NCBI GenBank assembly: GCA_964035545.1
Contig: CAXIUT010000096.1
Coordinates: 1 to 28,495 of the forward strand
Source of the DNA: Bugula neritina
Lineage: Eukaryota > Animalia > Bryozoa
Length of the DNA stretch: 28,495 nt
Direction: 5' to 3'
Every line of letters starts with the position of its first letter. Position 1 is the stretch's first letter. The translations under genes and the position numbers were made by a program. Below are positions 1 through 11,300 of this stretch, piece by piece. Below the pieces are notes generated by a model, which saw only the letters and a list, made by a program, of their open reading frames with translations, was not told where the DNA came from and did not search any database.

Positions 1-84
1 CCCAACCCCCCCAACCCCAACCCCAACCCCAACCCCAACCCCAACCCCAACCCCAACCCCAACCCCAACCCCAACCCCAACCCC
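1..84 (+). repeat. Left telomere, (CCCCAA)n
   Basis: C4A2 repeats at the contig start. Parses as CCCAACCCC (1-9) followed by CCCAA(CCCCAA)11CCCC (10-84). Confidence 0.97.
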
Positions 85-173
85 TTATTATTATTATTAT
101 TAATTTTATAGAGGGTTGATTGAATATAATATTTATTTTTATTATTATTGTTTTTTAGACAACTATTTATTAG

Positions 174-248
174 CCCAACCCCAACCCCAACCCCAACCCC
201 AACCCCAACCCCAACCCCAACCCCAACCCCAACCCCAACCCCAACCCC
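174..248 (+). repeat. Second (internal) C4A2 telomere tract; probable alternative telomere-addition site
   Basis: Perfect CCCAA(CCCCAA)11CCCC, 75 nt, separated from the terminal tract by 89 nt of AT-rich DNA. Confidence 0.9.
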
Positions 249-362
249 TTGAATATAATTATTATTTTTATAGAGTTGGTTGAATATAACAATTTATAAC
301 TATTATAATGATATTTTTATGCTCAATTTTTGATGAGAATATTATTTTCAATGTTTATTTAA

Positions 363-692
363 TCATAAAATATCAAGAAAGTCTTCAATCAGAACGATTT
401 ATCTCTTTTCTTAATGGTTTTTTTATACAATTTTTAAGATTATTTTCCTTTATTCATTTTATTGTGTTTTCACTATATCTTAGCTGCTTTTTAAAAAGTT
501 GATTTTATATAAAAATATTATTTTTTTTCTGATTAAATTATTTTGCAAAGACAATAAACTTTACACATTCCTACTTTTGTTTAAGTTTGTAATTTTTTAT
601 ATTTATTTTTAAACTCATTTTTTTTATTATCTTAACTTTTTCACTATTCTGAGTTTTAATTGATTTTTAATTTTTTAACTTTTTTTAATCAT
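363..692 (-). pseudogene. Possible small K/E-rich coiled-coil ORF interrupted by one in-frame TGA (615-617)
   Basis: With UAR=Glu it reads MIKKSEKIKNQLKLRIVKKLREEKK*VEKEIEKITNL...EEKREIVLIEDFLDIL-TGA and shows coding-like purine skew. No recognisable homology; could be chance. Confidence 0.25.
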
Positions 693-751
693 TCAATATC
701 CAACAATATTAAGAATTGATATTATTTAAATAAGTAAATTATTTTAATAGA

Positions 752-1435
752 TCATACATAGAGCACAATAAGACCAATAAATAGGTAAAAAAGCAGGATC
801 GGGTAAACTGCAATACCTCTCTTATCTTCTTAAATATTTGAGGCTATAAAAATTTGAGCAGCTTAATAGATAATTTAATACATATGACTCCCCAAATTGC
901 TCCGATTACAACCAAAATGATCTTGATAATCATGTGTTCAAAACCAACAATACTTAGAATCTTAATAACTGCTCCAGCCAAAAAATAAAGGAAATATACA
1001 ATAGCCTAAGATTGATACACTCTGGAAAAAAGAGATTTGTCCTCCCAATACTCGAGTGTTAAAAGTAACAATTACTGATCCACCGAAAGCAGCTGCAAAG
1101 AGTAAAATGAACTGAGTTGAATCTGAAATAGTCAATACATACCATTTATAAAAACTCCAAAGATAAGGACACATGAAAAAGGGACCCCATAGATCCCAGC
1201 TCTTTAGGCGATAAGCCCCTTTTGATCGAGGGCAAAGGACAAAGCTGAACTTATAACCCATAGACATAATCTATCTTCCCAAAGATTCACAAATTCCATC
1301 GTCTAGAGTATTTGGGGGAATATTTTCGATCACCTTTATCTCTTGATAATGAAAAAAGGCGTTGTCTAGATCATACTATTCTTCTTCGACCTCTTCAATA
1401 TCAATCTCTTTTTCCTTTTATTTATCTTATTGCAT
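752..1435 (-). CDS. YIPF6: Yip1-domain Golgi membrane protein (YIPF6-like)
   Basis: Motifs NTLDD..ESLGRE, WDLWGP, GGQISFFQSVSILGYCIFP and AVYPILLFY. Two 20-nt introns (1123-1142, 862-881). Needs two +1 indel corrections (~1168 and the A-run at ~980-985). Confidence 0.85.
862..881 (-). other. 20-nt intron GTATTAAATTATCTATTAAG
   Basis: GT..AG; removal restores the frame AIWGVISAQIF into the AVYP motif. Confidence 0.85.
1123..1142 (-). other. 20-nt intron GTATGTATTGACTATTTCAG
   Basis: GT..AG; inferred together with a +1 indel upstream that gives the expected hydrophobic CLIFGVFIN helix. Confidence 0.6.
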
Positions 1436-1528
1436 CCTACAATAATATTTATAATCAACTTTTAAAATTTAGCATATATCAATCAAATAAATCAGTTCTT
1501 ATCTGAATAATTTTATAATTTTTCTCAA

Positions 1529-4500
1529 ATGCTAGATTTATTTTCTCCAGATAAACATCAAGTTCCTCTGAGTCATACTAAAAAGCTTGGAAATATCTAG
1601 TTTAGTGGATTTCTAAAATCTCATAACTAAACTGCCCATCTATTGTTTTCAATTGAAAAATATCTCTCAAAATATCCTCACTTTTATCTAAATTCTCTCT
1701 TATATTCATGGAAAGGACTTCCTTTATAATCAATCAAGAACAAACTATAAAATTAATATAAGGCTTTGATTGATGGTAAAAGTTTTCTACATCTCATCAA
1801 TAATGGCATATAATCACGCAAAAGGTGTTTAAACAAAATAAAAAGAAATATATTGAAATCAAACAAGTTTTTGAATCTTTTTCCTCAGTAGTATTCAGGA
1901 TAAACCTAAGAAGATACTGCTTACAATGATTGGGTACAAGAATAAGGATATTCTGTAGTTGATGTAGATGAGTCTATCTAATAGTCAATTTAAGCTATCC
2001 GCAATATTTTCTCTGATATAGCTAGACTCAGAGAAATGAACATCTATTTGGTTGAACAAATTCATAATTGGAAGGTAGCAGTAGAAGAGCACCTTGATAG
2101 ATGTCAGCAGTATTCTTAAATATATTTTATGTCCGAGGGCAAAAATATTTATGAAGTTATTCTTTAAGACTCAAACTTTATTTGGAAAAGTAAACTCAGT
2201 CACTACATTTGGATGGAAGTCAAACAGGATCCCTTTATTATTAGAAACGTGATAATTATTGAACAAAGATCAACAAAAAGTCTTCTCTAAAAGTATTTTC
2301 TTGAAATAATTTATCCAACTCAATAGGAAATAGTTGATAAAGCAGTTAGAGCTTTTTAAATGCTTGCCTTTAAGTTCAAACCAAAAATATACAATAGATT
2401 CTAAGAAGAAGAACTCCTTATTTAAAATTATCTTAAAATAGAAAGTAATAACCATCAATTTGATTAACCAGAAGAAAAGATCAAACATATTTCTCCAAAG
2501 ATACAATCTCACTCAGTATAATAATAAAATGATTTAGTTTCAGAATAAATAAACTTAAAGTAGAAAGTATCTGCCTCATCTCTAAATACAAAAAAAAATA
2601 ATCTCAATATCAGAGGTTGGGTCTTCGAAAAATAATTAAAAAAGCCTAGAAAATAGAGAATAAAATAAATCATTGAAACTCATAAATAAAAGATGGGAAA
2701 TCTTAAACCTTTTAATATATCAAATTATGCTTAGAAAAATTCAATAGCATTAGCTTATTTATCTGAAACAAGAGATAATAAAAAAAAGTAATAAAATATA
2801 AAAAAATACAATCATCACCACTTTGTTTCCTAATAATAAAGGAATTTCATGAGTGAAGGATAAGAATAAAGAAAAGAAAAGAATATTGAAAAAGGATTAA
2901 CTAGTTAGCCAGAAATACATGAGAGAATAAAAATTAAATAAAGCAGAATGTTTAGAAGTCTTACTAAATTAAATCCTGTAATATTTTAGGATCCAACATA
3001 ACAATTACCAGATACTCCAAAGGATTTATCAAAGTCAAAGACAAAGATGAATCATTCACCATTTCTTTTAAATATATAAAGATAGTCTAAGAAGCCTTCT
3101 CTTCAGCACGTCAAAATCAATACATTAATGAATAAAAAAGTTAAAGAAGTGTAAGCAGTATAAATTGAGGTTTAAGAAGAAGAAACTCCTCTTAATCTAA
3201 CAAAATTTTATGAAGTTTTCAGAGCTAATACCAATAAATAATCAAAAACTGACACAAAAACTAATTTATTAAAACAAAATTAACCAATAAAAATTGTTTA
3301 AAATTCAAAAAATATTAAGGTCAGATAATTTTTAGATAAAATTCAAAAGAATCGAGTTTAAAGAGCTAAAAGTATGCATTTTTTTCCATACACTCAGAAA
3401 AAAATCAAACATATTTTTAAATCAAAATAAAAGAAATAAAATAACTCAAAATAAAAAGTGAGATCTTTATCTAAAAGTAGAAATTCTTACTAAGACTATT
3501 CTAAAGTCTTTTTATAATAAAAATCTATAAATAAAGACTCTCAATAATTGAAGACAATCTTTTTGGATCTAAAAATAAAAAGTATTCCAATAGATTTGAT
3601 TTAAACCTATGTTAAACACCTATAAAATAAAAGACCTGTTAAAAGTCATATTTTTAGTCATTTTGACACAAATTATTTAATAGCGAAACTGAAAAATCCT
3701 TTTGTACATTCAATCATCTTTGATATTTTAACTTAAAACAAAAAAAACATAGGAACTATAATACTTTCATAAACTTTAGGAGGAAGAGCTGGGAAACTAA
3801 AATATTTAATGGAGTTTATGTCTGTACGACCCTTTGAACTTGTGTCTGTTTCAGTTCTCAGAGTAGCATAATAGCTATTATCAGCTACACCCTGCCAAGA
3901 AGTTGTGTACCCTCTTATTGTGGATAGATTAGACCCTGTTTCATCTCAATTTATAGACCTTATTGATCGAGATTTATTAGATGGAGTGTCTAAATTTGGT
4001 AGATTAATCATTTTAGAGAAATCACGTTTGTCTTTAAAAGGAACCGATGTGAGATAGAGAATATATGTATTTACTTCTGAGTCCAATATCAGAAAATAGC
4101 AAGGCAATAAGCAGAAGATGATGGGTAACTATCGTTCTTTAACATTCGAATGCAAAAGTTTAGTAATGTCATCAAATTTTAAGTTGAGAAGTGAAAACCT
4201 TGTAAAAAATACTATTCACAGATATGATAAAATATCTATCGGAGAGCTCTTTGCCAAAATTGTGTCTAAAATAATAACAAAATATCATTTAAAGCAGTTG
4301 AAATAGGCTAGTTTTGGAGGATAAGGAGAACTTGGATAACTCACTCGAAATGACCCTTTCTTGAGATCAGTTCTACATGCCTCCATCAGAAACATGAAAG
4401 AATCTTAAGAATAGGTACTTAAAACTACCATTTTTTCATCTATGAATGATCTTCTAAATTACTTAAGATACAAAAAACATGATTAGAATTTTCACTTTAA

Positions 4501-5104
4501 CTTTCTTGCTGAGTCTAGATTTTTTCTAAATCATGAGTTGACCCTTCTCTAACTGGACGAATAAATTTCACTTTAATTTACCCTATCATCAAACTAGCAA
4601 CTCTATATTTTACATAATCATAAAAGACATCAACTGGCTGAAATAGTTTGCAAAAAATTAAAAACTCAAGCATATCTACTACCAACGACTAACTAAAAAA
4701 TAAATCTTTTTATCATGTCTGCAACAAACTACACCCAATCAACCACCAAAGTAGATCTTTATTCTTATATCTCCTACTTTTTCAAATAGGTCTCTTCATA
4801 AATATGCATGAATGAAGTGCCTTCGATCGTAATACCCAATCTTCATACTCAAGTTCGAAAGTTAAATAAAGTTCAGATGTTTGATGGTTTTTTAAAACTC
4901 TTTCCTTAGAGATAGTTTTACTCAGCAGCTACAATCAGCTGCACTAATCACTGGTAGTCTTATTATGCAGACGCAGTTATTCACTAGCCTCTCGAAAATT
5001 CTTTAATCTTTTAAAACCCTTTTATTATTGGCTTTTATGATAAATATCAAAAAATACTTATTTCGTCATTTCTATTTAACAAATAAGGAGAAAACCTAGA
5101 ATGA
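1529..5104 (+). CDS. Hypothetical protein, 1191 aa (globular N- and C-terminal parts, K/E-rich linker)
   Basis: ATG at 1529 to TGA at 5102-5104 with no in-frame TGA over 3576 nt when UAR is read as sense. Confidence 0.85.
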
Positions 5105-5346
5105 TCTTTCATTATTTATCAAAATTTAATTCTTTATTATTGATTTTAAAATAATCACAGATATTAACCTATTATCTCTCATCGATACTGAAAGAATTAG
5201 ATTTTTTTGTTTTATAAAGAAATTATTGAGTCTATTCAAACATTTAAAATCGCAAAGATGAAGTTAATATGAGATAGTTGAAAGATATTTAGGTGGAAGA
5301 GAGGATAGGCAGCACAAATAAATTGTATTAGCGATAATTATATCAC

Positions 5347-8300
5347 ATGGGTTCAAGTTAAAGCCGCGGAAGATAAGCAGTACCAATCAAAGTAAACCAT
5401 CCCCGTTTTAACAATAGCAAATCAATCACAAAGGGAGGAAACTCTTTTATGGAAACAGAAATCTTTACCAACTAACAGTCATATGATCGCTGGAAGTCTT
5501 CCATTGATAACTTTAATATCATTCTTAATAAACACCGCTTTTTGCTTTTACCTAAAAGCTATAGCAAATTTGAGGAAGGAGGATGCTGCTCCACCAAAAG
5601 ACAATTCACAGTAAATTATAGATAACTAAGATAATGTACGACCACTACCCTTTCTTGCTTACTGACGCCATCCAATCTTATAAACTAAAACAATAGTCTT
5701 TAGAGGAACCAGAACTATGGCATCTCCTTTATGCCTTATGTGCAGCTTAAGAGTAATACGCTAATATTGTTGGAAACCGTAATTCCAAAATAGGAGATAT
5801 AAGACCTCAAAACATTTTTATTTCTAACAAAGGTAAAATAAAAGTAGCTAACGCGTTCTCTTGGCCAGATGAGAATAATAGCTTTTCCAAAACTGCAAAT
5901 GGATAAATTACCTATTTACCTCCAGAATAAATTTAAAACCTAAAAAATGGATAAATTAATTCCAAACAAGCTGATTAAAACAGCTAGCAGTTTGCTATTG
6001 GACTAACTCTCCTCTCAGCTGGTATCTTGAAATAAAATTCTGATCTCTATGATTCTCACAACTTAACTTTTAATCTACCTGAAGCAACTAAAAGAATGAA
6101 CTTTTGGCTCACTCGACAAAAATACTCTTAAAACTTGAGAATTTTAGTGGCCTAGCTCTGTAACTTCCGACCATCTAGACGCTGGAATATTCCTTAACTT
6201 TGGAAATGGATGAGTACTTATAGGGCAAAAATAGGAGCACAGGAATTATAAGGAAGTTCTATCCGTCCTCCTAGTAAATTTTAAAAGGAAGTAGAAGAAC
6301 TATCAATATCTTCTCCTCATCTTAAAAGAATTTAAAAAGACTACTCACATCAATACTTTCCATAATATCAATATAGATAAGTTTTGAGATAAAAGCCTAG
6401 TTAAATATTATAAAACAAAGAGATGAATAACTTTAGTCAACCATCTTCAGATGTATTAAGTCCAAGAGCCAATCAATATATAAAAAAACAATAATAACCT
6501 TATTACAATAAAGAAACAAAAGCTAAATATCTAATTATATCACCAGGACAGACAATTGATCAAATCAAAACTTCTCATAATTAATAAAATCCTTAGAGAA
6601 ATTAATAAAAAGGTAACTATCAAAATTCATTGCTAGCCTTTTCTAATGACAAAATTAAGACATAAAAATAAATAGAACAAAGAAATGATTCCAATTTTTA
6701 TTATCCTCCTCAAAAATACTCTCATCAAGATAAATACAACTCACCAAGACTAATTTTTTCATAAAATTAAAGACCTTAACAGCAATCCAAACTTATTTCG
6801 AATAAAGAATCACAGCTATTAGTAAAACCAGAATCACAGCTATTAGTAAAGCCAGAATCACAGCTATTAGTAAAGCCAGAATCACAGCTATTAGTAAAGC
6901 CAGAATCACAGCTATTAGTAAAGCCAGAATCACAGCTATTAGTAAAACCAAGATTAGAAGGAAAATACATATAAAATAAACCAAAAGCAGAGGTTTAGAC
7001 CCAAAGACAATCAAGTAATTTACAAAAACAATAAAATAGATTCAAAAATAATAAAAAATAATCTAAAGTTCAACCTTCAGGAAGAAGTAATTGGAAAATA
7101 TAAGAATAAGATGAAATTAATAATAAATAGTTTTTACCTTAAAATAAAAAAAGCATTATAAAACCAATTAGTTCTAATAATATTAATCCTTCAGATAGAT
7201 TTTCAAAGATGGTTTCAAACTAACCTTCTCAAAATAATATAGGAAAGTACAAATAACCTAGTCAATATCGACCCTAACAAATAAAACAATCAGAAGGGAA
7301 AGATTCCTTGAAATCATAGCCTTCAAATCTAAATAACAATTTAAGAAAAGGAGGTTAAGATTTAAAAATATGTCCTTTAAATAAACAATAAAAAATAGAA
7401 GAAAAACAAAAAATCATCAATTCCCATTCTACTCATTTTTAACCGAATAGAAATATTAAAATTTAAACAGTACCAGCTAACTATCTTCCAAAGATATAAA
7501 CTAAATCTCCATAAACTCATCAATCTCCTCCGAATAAGGCTCATATTTAATTTAAATATCAGAAAAATAATCTTCAAAGTCAATTAAAAATAAATGATAA
7601 TCAGCCTTCTTACTATAATCAACCTAGACCAAATCAGTATAATCAGCCTCAACTAAGTGGCAATCATCAACTAAGTGGTAATAATTAGTCTCAAGTTTGT
7701 CAAATATCTGCGAGACCTGCCTCAAAAATTGAAAATAGTATATCTCCAGTGCCTGTTGCAATTAGAAGTCTAAATAATAAGCCTATAAAATTTTCCTATC
7801 ATTCTCCCTAAAATTATAGTAAAAAGTTAAATATTACTCCTAAATAGCCCGAAGTAAAACCAATCAGTCCTTTGAGTCCTAAACTTGAAACGAAACAAAG
7901 AAAGATAAGGAAAAATGGGAAATCAGATCAATAAGCAAATGAAATAAAAAAAAAAAAAATAAATTTAACCAATGGTGATATTAATTAAAATAATGAACAT
8001 TATAGTCAAAATAGAATTAATTAAAATGATCAAAAACCTCGATGTTAATAAACAATATCAAAAAATTTATCAATTATTTCTGAAAAACCAAAATCTCCAT
8101 AATATAGAACTAATCTAAATAAATAAGGATACCAGTCTTCAAAAAAAGAAAGAAAATCCCAACAATAACAAACTTAAAGACCTCCTTTTAATGGATATGG
8201 GCAACAATCTCAAAAAAACATAATTAATTGTCAAAAGTAATAAACCAAAAACAATATCTCCAAAGGATCTCAATCTCCAAATAATCAAGTAAAATACCCA

Positions 8301-11300
8301 TCTAAAAATTAAGACTCTAAAAATGTAAAAAATAATATAATAACTAAAACAGAATAAAAAAAGATAATTTAGTTGAAAAAAGATGATTCAGTAAAATAAA
8401 AAGGTTAAAAATATATTAAATCTAATTAATATCTTTCAAATGAGAAGACTATTGAGGGAAAACAAAGTTAGATAAGTTCAAAAAATATTAAACCAGGAAA
8501 ATATATAGATAAGATAAAAGAAATAAATTAAAATAAAAAGGAAATAAAGAACTAAAAACCTGAAGAGAATAACTTTAAAAATCATAATTATCAATTACTT
8601 AAGGGATTCCTCTATCCAAACCTAGAGAATCTCCAGATTCAATCCATGAAAAATAATGTCAAATTAAAAACCATCATCATCATAAATAGCCTATTACTAA
8701 TGTCACTCTTTTACAATCTATTATCGATATTCCCTAAAAAAATATCAATAGCAATCCGACTAAAATCAAATCTATTCGATAAGTACAACCTAAAACGGTT
8801 ATTATCAATAAAAATAAAGATAGACAAAATAATAAATATGCTAAACTAATTGTAGACAAAAATGAATTAGAAAAAGTAACCTTTAAAGATAAAACACCCA
8901 TCTATCAAAAAAATATGATAGAATTAGCGAAAAAAATGGATCTGAAGGAAATCTAAAAAGGAAAAAAATAAAAATAAAAATAAAAGGAAATTTAAATTAA
9001 TAATGAAAAAAACAGGATAAAATAAGATCAATTTTAGATTGGGGGAAGTAAATAACCTCTAAATATGGAAGAGCCAAAGGCTATTGAAGAGATAAAGCCT
9101 ATCTAGTAACCTCTAAATATGGAAGAGCCAAAGGCTATTGAAGAGATAAAGCCTATCTAGTAACCTCTAAATATGGAAGAGCCAAAGGCTATTGAAGAGA
9201 TAAAGCCTATCTAGTAACCTCTAAATAAGGAAGAGCCAAAGGCTATTGAAGAGATAAAGCCTATCTAGTAACCTCTAAATATGGAAGAGCCAAAGGCTAT
9301 TGAAGAGATAAGGCCTATCTAGTAACCTCTAAATATGGAAGAGCCAAAGGCTATTGAAGAGATAAAGCCTATCTAGTAACCTCTAAATATGGAAGAGCCA
9401 AAGGCTATTGAAGAGATAAAGCCTATCTAGTAACCTCTAAATATGGAAGAGCCAAAGGCTATTGAAGAGATAAGGCCTATCTAGTAACCTCTAAATATGG
9501 AAGAGCCAAAGGCTATTGAAGAGATAAAGCCTATCTAGTAACCTCTAAATATGGAAGAGCCAAAGGCTATTGAAGAGATAAAGCCTATCTAGTAACCTCT
9601 AAATATGGAAGAGCCAAAGGCTATTGAAGAGATAAAGCCTATCTAGTAACCTCTAAATAAGGAAGAGCCAAAGGCTATTGAAGAGATAAAGCCTATCTAG
9701 TAACCTCTAAATATGGAAGAGCCAAAGGCTATTGAAGAGATAAGGCCTATCTAGTAACCTCTAAATATGGTTATTATCAATAAAAATAAAGATAGACAAA
9801 ATAATAAATATGCTAAACTAATTGTAGACAAAAATGAATTAGAAAAAGTAACCTTTAAAGATAAAACACCCATCTATCAAAAAAATATGATAGAATTAGC
9901 GAAAAAAATGGATCTGAAGGAAATCTAAAAAGGAAAAAAATAAAAATAAAAATAAAAGGAAATTTAAATTAATAATGAAAAAAACAGGATAAAATAAGAT
10001 CAATTTTAGATTGGGGGAAGTAAATAACCTCTAAATATGGAAGAGCCAAAGGCTATTGAAGAGATAAAGCCTATCTAGTAACCTCTAAATATGGAAGAGC
10101 CAAAGGCTATTGAAGAGATAAAGCCTATCTAGTAACCTCTAAATATGGAAGAGCCAAAGGCTATTGAAGAGATAAAGCCTATCTAGTAACCTCTAAATAA
10201 GGAAGAGCCAAAGGCTATTGAAGAGATAAAGCCTATCTAGTAACCTCTAAATATGGAAGAGCCAAAGGCTATTGAAGAGATAAAGCCTATCTAGTAACCT
10301 CTAAATATGGAAGAGCCAAAGGCTATTGAAGAGATAAGGCCTATTTAGTAACCTCTAAATATGGAAGAGCCAAAGGCTATTGAAGAGATAAAGCCTATCT
10401 AGTAACCTCTAAATATGGAAGAGCCAAAGGCTATTGAAGAGATAAAGCCTATCTAGTAACCTCTAAATATGGAAGAGCCAAAGGCTATTGAAGAGATAAG
10501 GCCTATTTAGTAACCTCTAAATATGGAAGAGCCAAAGGCTATTGAAGAGATAAAGCCTATCTAGTAACCTCTAAATATGGAAGAGCCAAAGGCTATTGAA
10601 GAGATAAAGCCTATCTAGTAACCTCTAAATATGGAAGAGCCAAAGGCTATTGAAGAGATAAAGCCTATCTAGTAACCTCTAAATATGGAAGAGCCAAAGG
10701 CTATTGAAGAGATAAAGCCTATCTAGTAACCTCTAAATATGGAAGAGCCAAAGGCTATTGAAGAGATAAAGCCTATCTAGTAACCTCTAAATATGGAAGA
10801 GCCAAAGGCTATTGAAGAGATAAAGCCTATCTAGTAACCTCTAAATATGGAAGAGCCAAAGGCTATTGAAGAGATAAAGCCTATCTAGTAACCTCTAAAT
10901 ATGGAAGAGCCAAAGGCTATTGAAGAGATAAAGCCTATCTAGTAACCTCTAAATATGGAAGAGCCAAAGGCTATTGAAGAGATAAGGCCTATCTAGTAAC
11001 CTCTAAATATGGAAGAGCCAAAGGCTATTGAAGAGATAAGGCCTATCTAGTAACCTCTAAATATGGAAGAGCCAAAGGCTATTGAAGAGATAAAGTCTAT
11101 CTCAAAAAGTTCTTTTTAACTCTCCAAACGTAAGCCATATCATATAACTTAAACAGTTATTCCTATTAAAAAAGGATCATTAATTAAATTTGACAAAAAG
11201 TTATAATTTAATACAACGATCAAATAGTAAATTTAAAGCAATATTAAACCTGAACAAAGTCTTAAATCTAAGCTCTAGGTCAAATCTCAAAATAGATCAA

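Noticed and set aside
975-1170. Two +1 frameshifts in the YIPF6-like gene as programmed frameshifting
   Set aside because: Both lie in homopolymers (T6, CC) near the contig end with no adjacent stop codon or shared motif. Indel error is more parsimonious; a read pileup would decide.
6400-8300. TAA/TAG next to CAA in Gln-rich disordered sequence, suggesting UAR=Gln or dual decoding
   Set aside because: Every conserved diagnostic position indicates Glu. CAR-to-TAR is one transition and is expected in unconstrained sequence.
8571-8590. Frame change in the giant gene as a -1 ribosomal frameshift or hidden intron
   Set aside because: No canonical X XXY YYZ heptamer in frame and no 20-nt GT..AG found in the permitted interval. 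A missing A in the A5 run explains it.
9053-11101. 54-bp arrays as CRISPR or a mobile element
   Set aside because: Head-to-tail repeats with no unique spacers, in frame within a eukaryotic CDS, with no cas or transposase motifs.
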